Assembly: GCA_017654855.1 (NCBI GenBank) | Contig: CM030334.1 | Coordinates: 868,001 to 932,000 of the forward strand | Direction of reading: 5' to 3' | Origin: Podospora anserina | Lineage: Eukaryota | DNA length: 64,000 nucleotides | Part shown: positions 13,905 through 25,100 of the stretch, in pieces | Layout: every line of letters begins with the position of its first letter | Numbering within the stretch: the stretch's first letter is position 1 | Translations under genes and position numbers: made by a program | The notes under the pieces: model-generated | Database searches by the model: none | What the model was told of the DNA's origin: nothing | What the model saw: only the letters and a program-made list of their open reading frames with translations

Positions 13905-14630
13905 GGGGGGTGGTTGGGTGATGAGAAGCAGCGGTAACAGCGCAGGTTGAGCACACATGGAGATTGGGTTGTTGTACTATTGATTTTTGGTCCTGTGCTT
14001 TTGTTTTGTATTGCTTTTGAAAGCAGCAGTCGATACCATTAATTGTAGCAGGGCGCGTTGATTTTCATCTCTCGGTCGGATATCCGGGCCATGGGATCAT
14101 GGTCAGGACATTTACTCATGCAAGAATGTGCACCTTTCAGGGATAGGGGAACAGTTCCAAAGCTTGTTACTCGGATTCTCGCCAATCATCTCTGATGCTG
14201 TCACCAATCGAGATGTAGTGTCGGGCCATCCGAACACCCCGACGGGAAGATTCCTACGTTTGTGCTATTTGCTCTTGGGCCCAGAACCGAACAACAACAT
14301 ACCGTGATACCCAAGGAATGGTATCTGCAATCGCCCCTCCAAAGTGGCATCGTGGAGTTGTCTATGACAATAGTTCTTTTACGTTTGCGTTTACCGATTG
14401 GCTCCTTATCCGGCTGCCTACGCTAATGAGCTCCGCGCGATGGAGTCGACGAGATGCCCGCCCCCTGTTGAGTAGAGTGATGCCAAGACCTTTTTGTAAG
14501 GGGAGACCGCTTGAATCTTTGGTGGTTTGTTTGTATAAAACCCCCCGCCCCCCCCTTCTGTCTCTCGGAGAGTAAGTTCGATATCAGCTGCACCATCCAA
14601 TTCAACAGATCGTCAGCAAGCAAGACGAAA

Positions 14631-15203
14631 ATGAAGCTCACCCTCTCAGCCCTCACCGTCGCCCTCGCGGCCCTCCCCGAGCTCGCCTCGGCCGGGTTCG
14701 CGGCTTCTTGTTCTTGGTCCTGGCAGGAGCCAAAGTACGTGGTCGCCACTTGCGCCAAGAAGGACGGGACGCCCTGGCGGACGAGGCAGGACATGAATTT
14801 GTGTGTGGGGGTTGATCGGTTCACTGGGAGGCTTGTTTCAAGGGATACGTAAGTTTTTTTTTAAAGTTTTTTTCTTGTTTTTTCTTGTTTTTTCTTGTTT
14901 TTTTTATACCTCTCAAACCCGAAGTGAAGGAAGGCTGATTGGTTGTTGATGAGGAAAAGTGGCAACGCCTTCCTTGAATGCTGGAACACGAGAAAGGACG
15001 GCAACACGGACCTCAAGTCTACGTGCTGGAACTGGGACGAGGAGGAGGTGAGGGGGAATTTGAATATTGGTGAGTACCCTCGAAACAACTGTCCTTTTTT
15101 CAGGTGATGGATGTGCGGGTGGCTAATTGATGGTTTAGATGCGTACATGCAGAATTTGGATGGGTGGTTGTGGTGCCATGGGCATCGGAGCGCGCCTTAT
15201 TAG
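14631..15203 (+). CDS. Small secreted Cys-containing protein, cyanovirin-N (CVNH)-like
   Basis: Signal peptide MKLTLSALTVALAALPELASA. Exons 14631-14848, 14960-15069 and 15139-15203. The spliced product has FAASC...ATC...DMNLCVG...GRLV...GNAFLEC...LKSTC...NLNIDAYMQNLDGWLWC, a CVNH-like two-repeat pattern. Confidence 0.75.
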
Positions 15204-15540
15204 GGGGTAGGTGGGTGATGGGTTGGAACCTATGGAAGAGATGCGTTTGGGCTCGAAGACGCTGGATATATTCTAGGTTACCAGTCGAGATGTCTTCATG
15301 ATGATGAATGTTACTGCGTTTGACTTGGTGGTGTTGTGACATGGCAGTATGTTTCTGTGCTGGCACATTTCTTCCTTGCAGCGTTGAAATGTCACTCTAA
15401 TAGTGGAAGCAAGTCATCCTGCAATTGGCCCTCCTGCAAACAAAATGAGGTTCTGCAAACAAAAAAAAATTCCAGAATGGTGTCGTGTTTAGAGAAAAGG
15501 GGCCAAAAAAGGGAGTGGTGACCCTAACAAACAAAAACAT

Positions 15541-15637
15541 CGACCAAGCTGGGACTCGAACCCAGAACCTTTACCAGCTGGAGATTTAACCAAAGTTGAA
15601 ACCGGAAAGTAACGCGCTACCATTGCGCCACTCAGCC
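15541..15637 (-). tRNA. tRNA-Arg(CCG) with 25-nt intron
   Basis: Reverse complement folds as a cloverleaf: acceptor GGCTGAG/CTTGGTC, D arm GCGC-AATGGTA-GCGC, anticodon stem TTACT/GGTAA with CCG at 15605-15603, intron 15601-15577 after position 37, T arm CTGGG-TTCGAGT-CCCAG. A TTTTT Pol III terminator follows. Confidence 0.93.
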
Positions 15638-15907
15638 TGAATGGTTTTTGAGGTCAATATCACTACCTATGAAAGGTTGAGTGAGGTGAGCAAAACGCCC
15701 TGAACTGGCCCCTTTTCCCCTTTTCTCGGACAGGTCATGCACAAATTTGCTAGTTACAGTTTCATATGTATAGTTTTCTGCCACGGCAAGAATGCAGCTT
15801 TAATCAATCTACATAGCTGAGGAGTTGAGTCAACAAAATAAGATGCATTCATTCATAAACTTCATACACCAATCCAGGCCAAGTCCCACTAAAAGCCCCT
15901 AGACACC

Positions 15908-17026
15908 CTACTGCTGCCCCTTCTCCCTGGCCAACGCCTCCCTCCTCCCAGTACTATTAGGATCCAAATACGGCTTCTCCCCCAAGCCCACAGCCCTGTT
16001 GCCAAACCGCTCCCCATACTCCCCACCAAGGTAATCAAAAGTAGCAGTATGGAACGTGCTCCTGTTGTCCCAAATCGCAATATCATTCTTGTTCTTCCAC
16101 TGCAGCCTCACAGTCAAGTCATGGTTCTTGTACACCAAGTCCAAAAACCACGTCAACAGCGCCTTGGACTCCTCCTCGGTAACTCCGTTAATGTGCTTGA
16201 CGTGCCCGCCGACGGGGAAGAGGGACTTCCATCCGGTCACAGGATTGGTCCTGATGACGGGGTGGACAGCCTTGAGCTCGGTGCCAATGTTCTCGGGCGC
16301 GCCGCGGGGCTTGTCGTAGAGCTTGAAGCCGGCTGCCTCGGCGACCTTGTTGAAGCCGGGCTGTTGGAAGGTGACGGTCAGGGACTCGAGGAACTTTTGG
16401 TAGGGCTCCGAGAGGCGGTCGTAGAGCTCGTAGCCCGAGGCCCAGAGGGTGTCGCCGCCGGTGGTGGGGAGCTCGACGAGGCGGAGGGAGGTGTAGTCCG
16501 CGGGGACTGGCTCAAAGGCAATGTCGGAGTGCCATTGGCCTGTGGATTGCTTCTTGGGGGAGAGCTCGTCGGCGATGGCGCCGCGGGCGTAGAACTTCTT
16601 GTTTTGGATGGAGGAGATGGTGCTGATCTCCGGGTCGTCGCCGCCGAGCTCACGCTCAGAGTTGAGCAGAGGGTGGATGTGAAGACCGGAGGTGGCGGGG
16701 CGGCCGGTGAGCTCGCCGAGGCGAAGGATGAGCTTCTTCTGGAGCTCGTTGGTGAGCTCGTCTTGGGCGCGGAAGAAGACAACGCCACGCTGCGAGATGG
16801 TGATGGCAAGCTCGCGGAGGAGGTCGTCTGAGTTGGGGGCGTTGAGCCACTCGACCAGGTTGGCCTTGGGGAACTCCTTGCCAATGACAGGAGTGACCTC
16901 GAAGGACTCGAACTGATCAAGCAGGCCGGTCAGCTTGAGGGGAGCCGGTCTCTCGGTGGTGGGGGCGGCGCCCTTGGTGACGATGGGCACCACAGGGGTT
17001 TGAGTCTCAATTGCGGAGGGAGCCAT
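15908..17026 (-). CDS. TauD/TfdA-family alpha-ketoglutarate-dependent (sulfonate) dioxygenase
   Basis: Intronless. Motifs QRGVVFFRAQ, WHSDIAFE (HxD), GGDTLWASG, HPVIRTNPVTG and WDNRSTFH. Start taken at MAPSAIET. Confidence 0.95.
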   Translation of the reverse strand: MAPSAIETQTPVVPIVTKGAAPTTERPAPLKLTGLLDQFESFEVTPVIGKEFPKANLVEWLNAPNSDDLLRELAITISQRGVVFFRAQDELTNELQKKLILRLGELTGRPATSGLHIHPLLNSERELGGDDPEISTISSIQNKKFYARGAIADELSPKKQSTGQWHSDIAFEPVPADYTSLRLVELPTTGGDTLWASGYELYDRLSEPYQKFLESLTVTFQQPGFNKVAEAAGFKLYDKPRGAPENIGTELKAVHPVIRTNPVTGWKSLFPVGGHVKHINGVTEEESKALLTWFLDLVYKNHDLTVRLQWKNKNDIAIWDNRSTFHTATFDYLGGEYGERFGNRAVGLGEKPYLDPNSTGRREALAREKGQQ

Positions 17027-17627
17027 TGTGTCTGTTTCTGATGTGTTGGGGATGTGAGGTGATGGTGATGAGGATTTGGACTGTCTGATACACGGAATGC
17101 CTCGTCTCTTATACAACCTTCCACCAGCCTCAGATGGTCAACCTCTTTGTTGCCTCGGAGCCAAAAAGTGCATCACGATCCACACCAACATTGCGTGAGG
17201 GTGTGCAACCCCGCGCAAAACAGCTGCCATAGTTTGCACCCATAGGCTGGTCAATCAGGTCGTGGACCTCCAGTGTACCGTATCCGTGTCTTGTCGAATC
17301 AGCAGCAATGACGAGCTCGCAATAGCGCATTTCGTGATGTCGTCAAGTTAGCGACGCTGTCCGGACTTAACGTGAGCCCAGCCCCGGATGTTGCGATACA
17401 ACCCAGAGGACAAAGAGACCCGGCGCCGAGGATCATGAAACTGCGGGGTGAGTAGATGACATCCGGCTGCGGCATACTGCATTCCGTGTTCCAGGAATCA
17501 GTTGAGGTCGCGCCTTTACCCCCACGTTTCCCTGCCCGAGCCGGCGCCGTAGCCCTAGGAGCAGCCGCAGTCAAGGGTGGAAGCCGGAGATAATGCAAGA
17601 CGGCGTGTTCTGTCAGTTTAGTAGGCC

Positions 17628-17637
17628 ATGTCGCCAT
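17628..17637. promoter_or_regulatory. CYS3/MetR-like bZIP site (ATGTCGCCAT)
   Basis: One mismatch from the Neurospora CYS3 consensus ATGRYRYCAT. An identical copy lies at 18295-18304, in the same divergent promoter. Confidence 0.5.
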
Positions 17638-18294
17638 ATTGTTCTTTTTTTTTGGTATGGGGAAATCATCTGCTGGCCAATTGGAGCCGAGTTGTTACTA
17701 GAGTGTTGCAAACCAGTGGTTTGTATGTCGTCGCGTCAGGGGCCAAGGCGATCACGAATCATCACGCCATCGGATTCCCACCAACCCGCAATACCAACCT
17801 CACTGGAAGCTCAGAGATAACTGATTTCAATGCCGAGGCTCCAACGTAGGGTATCAATCTTGGAGATTTCTTATCAGGGGTCATGAAATCAATCAGATTC
17901 GAGAGCCGTTGTCGGAGCATCGTCTGAAGGATAGTGGTTACGCTGTGAGGATCTCTCCTCAAGGTATGAACCTCCAGAAGTGCCTGCCTTCGCCACGCCT
18001 TGAATATCCGCGTGGGCATTCAAAACCAAATAGTTGCCACTACGGCCTAAGATGGCAGGAAATACCCAGCGTGCTGGGTAGGGTTGAAACAGAGAGTCTA
18101 GACCGATGGCTTCGTCTTGTTCTCGACAAGCTTCGCCCAGCTGATAGCCACGTTCTTGTCTGTGGCGCTTCTCGTCCTGGAAACCAGGGGTCCAGATCTC
18201 GGTCCTGTTCGTCGTCTGAAGTGCCGTCTCCCGTCCCTACTGTTGGTTGAGGGTGCTGTCAAGACGGGCAAACCGCTTGAACGGGACATTGTAG

Positions 18295-18304
18295 ATGTCG
18301 CCAT
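18295..18304. promoter_or_regulatory. CYS3/MetR-like bZIP site (ATGTCGCCAT), second copy
   Basis: Identical 10-mer to 17628-17637, upstream of the MFS permease. Confidence 0.5.
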
Positions 18305-18644
18305 CAGTGTTGAGTGGGGGGCAAGACCCAGCCGGGGGGGTTCGGACGCACCGACAATTGTAGGTAATGTGCAGACCAGTATGCATCGATCTGCTTTCTC
18401 CCCGGTACCAATGATCCAGTACCTCCAAACGTGATTCTGCAGGCTGTATTCGCCATGCCATGTACCCGTGAAAGTCGTGATAATTCCCGTGGTGTAACAA
18501 TCAATATTTCCAGGCCCAGGAGATGGGTATAAAGAGGGCCGTCTCTGGTGATGATACCGAGTGGAAGAAGTGTCGATCCACAGCAGCGGCCAGTCTTGCC
18601 TCCTTTGCATCATTTGGTACGAGAGAAGCAAAAAAGACGACACC

Positions 18645-20586
18645 ATGGCGACCGTTCTCACTCGAGGGAAGGCCCTGCCCCGAGCCACTGCACACGGAAG
18701 CGATTCTGAGAAGAAGGATTTCGATGCCTCCTCCACATCCGTCGCCTCTATTCCACCTCTAGGGGAGCCCATCGAGCGAAAGAAGCACTTCTGGCAGCGC
18801 AGCAAGCCATATGACTCGGAAGCCATCGCAACACTTCCTAGTGTCTTTGACGATCCAGAGACGGCTGAAAAATACCAACCGCCAGCAGAATGGTGATTAT
18901 GCTCTTGTTGTTTTGTACTTCTTGGAAACTGACGTTATCGTTCAGGGAAAACACCCACCGCTTCGATCCCCTCGCAAGATGGACCTGGGGGGAAGAAAAC
19001 AAACTGATCCGGAAGATCGATTGGCGCATCATGGTCTGGGCCTGTATCATGTTCATGGCTCTGGAGCTTGACCGTGCCAACATCGGTCAAGCCTTGACGG
19101 ATAACTTCCTCCCCGAGCTAAAAATGAACACCAACGGTGAGCAAGACTTCGACAGAGACAGCGGGTTCTTTTGCTGACACTCACTCAAGACTACAACCTG
19201 GGCAATACTGTCTTCAAGCTTTCCTTCCTCTGCGCAGAATTGCCTTCTCAGCTGGTTTCGAAATGGGTCGGACCCGACCGATGGATTCCAACCCAGATGG
19301 TCTTGTGGTCCATCGTTGCTAGCGCCCAGTTCTGGCTTAGTGGTCGTACCTCTTTCCTTGTTTGCCGTGCACTGCTGGGCATGCTTCAGGGCGGCTTCAT
19401 CCCCGATGTGAGAGACCTTGTCTGCTTCTGCCACTGAGTAACTGCTAACAACTCAACAGATCATCCTCTACCTGTCATACTTTTACAAGCATGCCGAGCT
19501 CACCATCCGTCTCGGTTACTTTTGGACCGCAATGAGCATTGCTGATATCCTCTCGGCACTCTTGGCTCAAGGTCTCCTGCGTATGCGTGGTGTCGAGGGT
19601 CATGCAGGCTGGAGGTGGCTGTTCCTGATCGAGGGCTTGCTGACTCTGATCATCGGTATCATGGCGTTCCTCTTGATGCCTGCCGGTCCTTGCCAGACTG
19701 CTTCCTGGTTCCGAGGCAAGGGTAAGGAAGGCTGGTTCAACGAGAGGGAGGAAGTGATCATGGTGAACCGGGTGCTGCGCGAGGATCCCAGCAAGTCGGA
19801 TATGCACAACCGAGAGCGGATTACCGTCGGGTTGTTGTGGAAGAGCCTGAAGGATTATGACTTGTGGTATGTGCCAGCAGCTGCTGTCTGTCGTCAAGTA
19901 CTGAAAGCTGACGTTGTGGTAGGCCACTTTATGCGCTGGGTCTCGTCTTCCAGATCCCCTTTGTGCCTGTTGGGCAGTATCTGACACTTTCCCTGAGAGG
20001 TCTGGGCTTCGATACCTTCCAGGCCAACCTCTTGACGATCCCTTACACCGTGGGCCACATGATCACCATGTTGGCGGTGGCATACGCAGCCGAAAAGTTC
20101 AGCAACCTGACAGCGCTATCTGTCACCAGTCAGATCTGGGGTCTGCCGTTCTTGATCTTCTTCAACGTTGCCGACCTTGCCAACACCAACCGCTGGGTGA
20201 TCTACGCCGTGACGACACTGCTGCTGTCGTTCCCGAACCCCCATCCTATCCAGGTGGCGTGGAATTCTCGAAACGCGAACTCGGTTCGGTCTCGTACCAT
20301 CTCGGCTGCCGTGTACAACATGGCGGTTCAGACGTCGGGCATCATCTCCTCGAATATCTACCGAGAGGATGATCGAGCGTCGCTGTATAAGCGTGGTAAC
20401 CGACAGCTACTCGCGATTCTGTGCATGAACATTGTTGTATATGCGTTGGTGAAGGTGTACTATGTATGGAAGAACAAGTCGAGGGATAAGAAGTGGGCTG
20501 CCATGACGGAGGAGCAGAGACTCGATTATCTGGCCACCACGAAGGATGAGGGCAACAAGAGGTTGGACTTTAGATTCGAGCACTAG
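18645..20586 (+). CDS. MFS anion:cation symporter (allantoate permease/Dal5-like family), probable sulfonate-type transporter
   Basis: Exons 18645-18892, 18946-19136, 19190-19407, 19460-19866 and 19923-20586. Motifs [42 protein letters not shown] and C-terminal [10 protein letters not shown]. Divergent from the TauD gene. Confidence 0.92.
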
Positions 20587-20626
20587 ATGGTCTTGATCAG
20601 CGCATGCATGAACTAGCAGAGAGGCG

Positions 20627-20649
20627 ACTCACTCACTCACTCACTCACT
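20627..20649. repeat. (ACTC)n microsatellite
   Basis: About 6 copies of ACTC in the 3' UTR of the permease. Confidence 0.8.
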
Positions 20650-21057
20650 GCATGAGTTCAAGAGACCCATCTCTATCATAGTCTTGGGGATCATACACTC
20701 AAAATAATGAACATTATGACATTTTGCGATTCTGGAATGTAGTGTGAGAGTGTAATAGAACAAACTTGTGAATGCCGATCAAGCAGTCTATAAGGCAGGA
20801 AATCTCATCCCTCAACCAATACGAAGTTAATATGAGATCCGGAGCTGTCGTGCAATGTGAGCACTGACCATCAGCTTCCCCAGAAAATATCTCGCTCCAC
20901 GTGACGTCACAAAAGTTTGCTACCCCTGCACTTGTGCCCCCGCTGGCGGGGTTGAAACAGCGTCGATTGAGACCAGCTTCAACAGCTGAACCACGTGCAA
21001 ATTCATCAGTGAGTGAGCAAGTTGCAGCTATCACCCTCCTGGCTCAGCTGTACTCAC

Positions 21058-22104
21058 ATGAATAAGCACCATCACCTCCTCCTCCGAGGCGCCTCATCCT
21101 TAACCGTCTCCCTCTGCAAAAGAAGTGGACCAACCCACCTCCCACCAGCAAGACCGTTGTTCCCATCCTCCGGAGCCGGCGGGACGACAACCGCCGCCGC
21201 CATAGTATCCAATTTTTTCTCCCGGCATCATCACTCAACCTTGACCTCACCTCACCACCACCTCCCCAAAACCGCCAGAATGTCCACCACCACCCCCTCC
21301 CCAGTCGACCTAATCGAACAATCCAAACGCCTCGCCGCCTTCCAATCCGTCACCGCCCACCTCGTCCCCTTCCCATCCCGCACCCGCATCGGCATCGGCT
21401 CCGGCTCAACAGTAATCTACGTAGTAGAAGCAATCACCACCCTTGTCCCCCCCGCCACCCTCTCCACAATGACCTTCTACCCAACCGGCGCCCAATCCGA
21501 ACAGCTCATCGAATCCGCCGGTCTCAACCTCCAGTACATCAACAAGCTCCCCCCCGGCACCCTCCTAGACGTCTGCTTCGACGGCGCAGACGAAGTAGAC
21601 CCCAACCTCAACCTGATCAAAGGAGGCGGCGCCTGCCTCTGGCAGGAAAAAATCGTCGCCAGCAGCAGCAAGAAGTTTGTTTGCGTGGCGGACTTCAGGA
21701 AGATGAGCCCTGCGTTGGGGACGATGTGGAAAAAGGGGATTCCGATCGAGGTGCTGCCTTTGGCGGCGAACAGGGTTTTGGGAGAGCTGGAGAGGATGGG
21801 GAGTTTGGGGCCGAAGGTTAGGCCGGGTTTGCCGGGGAAGGCGGGGGCGGTGGTGACGGATAATGGGATGTGGATTGTTGATGCGCCGTTTAGGCCGCTC
21901 AGGGTGGAGGGGACGAGTGACAAGGAGAAGGGGGAGTGGCAGATTGATGAGCTGGCTGATGCGTTGATCAAGATTCCGGGGGTGGCGGAGATTGGGTTGT
22001 TTTATGGGAAGAATGGGAATCAGGCGGGGGAGGGGGGCGCGCAGAAGCCGGTGGAGGCGTATTTTGGGATGGAGGATGGGAGTGTGAAGGTGTTGAGTGC
22101 TTGA
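21058..22104 (+). CDS. RKI1: Ribose-5-phosphate isomerase A
   Basis: Motifs IGIGSGSTV, DGADEVD, LIKGGGACLWQEK, GIPIEV, KAGAVVTDNG and IPGVAEIGLF. In-frame ATGs at 21058 and 21280. Confidence 0.95.
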   Translation: MNKHHHLLLRGASSLTVSLCKRSGPTHLPPARPLFPSSGAGGTTTAAAIVSNFFSRHHHSTLTSPHHHLPKTARMSTTTPSPVDLIEQSKRLAAFQSVTAHLVPFPSRTRIGIGSGSTVIYVVEAITTLVPPATLSTMTFYPTGAQSEQLIESAGLNLQYINKLPPGTLLDVCFDGADEVDPNLNLIKGGGACLWQEKIVASSSKKFVCVADFRKMSPALGTMWKKGIPIEVLPLAANRVLGELERMGSLGPKVRPGLPGKAGAVVTDNGMWIVDAPFRPLRVEGTSDKEKGEWQIDELADALIKIPGVAEIGLFYGKNGNQAGEGGAQKPVEAYFGMEDGSVKVLSA

Positions 22105-25100
22105 GGAGATTGGAAAAGGGAAGGGGGTACACAAAAGGGGTGTTGGGGTGGGTAGGGACAGAGGTAGAGTATAGATTTGGAATGATATTGACTCCAGAGA
22201 CAGGTTAAGAATCTTTGACAGCACGCATCCTGTTGCATGTATAAACACACAAAGCAAAACTATTAGTCAACATCGTGAGGGGAATCCTCTGCATCGAGGA
22301 TGTGAGAGTGTGCGGGCAGGCAAATGATGCCCATACATCTCTCTGTGTTGAGTGCCGGCATGGCATCTGCCGGCAGTCTTCAAGTCATAGTCTTACCATT
22401 TACCTACAATGTTCTTCACAGGAAGCCGTGGCTCTTTCTCAACAGCAAAACCAGCGCGTAAAAGTTGGCCTTGATCCAGTTGAAGGGTAAAGACACAGTC
22501 TACCAGTCTCGGCCACGAAAAGAATTCCCTGCGGAAGGGGGGTGACATCATCTCAGTCTTACTCAGGCGTCACAACATGATATTGGATAACGAGGACATG
22601 TTACCCAAGCCGGGATGACATCCCCCCAACCAGCCAGCATTCTTGACCGGCCCGAGATCTTAGCTTTACCAGTGTACTGGTTCAAGAGACAAACTCAAGA
22701 TCCAGATCGCTATCAACGGAGTGACCCACAGAAGGAGCGCCTTTGATCATCCCACCGGTACGAAGCTGAAGAAGAACACGAAAGAAATCTGCGGGATGGG
22801 AACCGTTCAACAGACAATCGGGTTCACGGACGCCACAACATCGGATTGCTCGGGAGGGATGATGAAAGAAAGTTATCTAGCGCAGGCGGCCAGCAAAGTG
22901 GCTTGCGCAACACCAAATTATGGGAAGATTGATGCATCTACCGACGTGAAGCCACCACCGATCGGGAATCCGAAATTTGTGTTTGGTTTGGGGGCGTTAA
23001 CACCGATAACAGGCAGCCGCGATACACTTTCTCGGGTCGGTACGGTGTGGCAAGCAAGCGGCGAAAGCTTCCGAGTCTACCTCATCCCGGTGATACCTAC
23101 CCAGCAGAAGATAGATAGGCAGCTGATTTTGCAATTATCATCAGCTTGTGATAGCCTTCGTGGCGAAATAGCCACGGCGCTGTATCCGACCAACAAATCC
23201 CTCCATGAGCCAAGCCGCACACAAAACTCTCGGGGGCGGAAGCAGCAAGCGCCGAGTCCGTCTCGGGCGGGAGTGATGGAACCTCGGGCTGCAACTCGGC
23301 GTCTCACCACACACTATTTGTCCCCTCCCCCCCCTACCCCCCACCACCACCAAGCGAAACAATGAGTTTCGTCGATCGAGGTCTGTCCCGGAAGGGTCAT
23401 TATTGGGCAAAGAGAGACTGTCCATCATCATCATCGGCCCGGGAGCCAGTCACCAGTTCTGCTACCGCCTTGAACATTAATAAGCTTGTCCTCTTTCGGG
23501 CTTTCACAGACAACAACAAGATAAACTGTGCCACCTCCTTCCCTCCGTCTCCGCCTCCGCGTTTCGTCAGACGTGAGAGCGTCGTGCAACGAGGCTTCTT
23601 AGCTGAGGGTGCGTGCCCCGGATTGGCGCTGCAGAACATGGAAAACTTGAGTTATTTCTGGATTACATACTGAAGAGTGAGCGTCACCGGTTGATCGGCC
23701 TTGGTTCGGGGGCCATGCCAATCCGGGCGGGAGAGGAACCACAGCAACACGGCTCGGTGCCAAGGATCTACATGCGTGATCATATCCCAATTCCGCCCAA
23801 GCAGAGAGGTGAGACTTGGTCACCGTGATTTAATGTAAAAATGCAAATGACCCAGCGCCGGGTGAGGAGCGCGTCGCGTCGATTTTTGTGTGTGCTTGTG
23901 TAATGCATCGGCACCTACCCATAGGCCCGATGGCCAGCCAAGACCTCAGGCGATTGGGTGGTCGGTGGTGATGAGGACGGGATTCGAGAGGACCGCCGGG
24001 GAAGCCGGATTGGACGGGAAGGATGGTGAGTCAAAGGGACAAGCCGCACCACCTCCGTCTGAGAAGCACAAAGAACTGATCTTGCTGCTGCTGATCCCGG
24101 CATTTCAGAAATGTCCCTAGAGACACGGAGTTGTATGGGTTAAATGGAGGTTAGATACAACTTGTAGCTATAAATGGACAACGACATTTTAGCCTGTGAT
24201 TGCTCTGCTGATGGCTGCTGGTTGCTGGCTGCGGACGGGCGGAGGAGGGCGGAGGACCTAGGGCGGAGAAGACGCTGAGGTTTGAGGTTGAGAGGGAGAC
24301 AGACACAGGAGAGGAGAGAAGAAGCGGCCGGTGAAGGAGGGGTTGCTTTGGGAATCGTGAAGGGGCCATCAGCTCCACCGCCACGGAAGTGACTTCCATG
24401 TCACTGGGTGCGCGGCGGATCCATTTTGCTTCCGATTGCGTCGTGTGTCCTCCCGTCGGTCTGCCTGTTCCCCAGGGAGCTCTTCGTTTTCTCCCGCCGT
24501 TTGTTGTTTGGCTGCCATTGCTGCGTTTGCATCCGGGGTTTGGAGTGTTGATTTTGGCCAAGTCTGGCTGGGTAGGTTCGATAAGCGTTATCTGGCACAA
24601 AAAAAAAAACCAAAAAAAAAAAGAAGGAGGCAGGAAATGCCCAAAGTGTCCTCTGACACCAAACACACGGTGGTGCCGGGGTCGGATTGACTGGCGGCCG
24701 AAGCGCCCGAGCAAAATTGGGAAATGGCTTGGCTCGGAAATCCGGGATATGTGGAACTGCACTCCGGCGAACGCGACACCGATTGTCGATTGTGCCTTAG
24801 CTCCCTCCAAGACCAGATCCCGTCTCATAAATCGCTCGTTCAACTAATCAGAAATCCACTGCAGTGTAAAACCTGCATGTTCTGTTTTCTCACCGATGGA
24901 TAGGCAGCATTGTCGCCGAGTGCTGTGAAGCAAAAGAAGAAGCAGAAAAAGAAGAAGAGGTGATGAGGCCGGGCGGCGCAGCAGCCTCGAGCCACCTCAA
25001 ACACGGGTGACGGGTCATTGCCCGATCATGCTTCGGGACACGTTAGGGCAGAAAAGGGGGCCACCGTCTTCTTCTCGTCGCGCAACGGAATGCCAATAAC

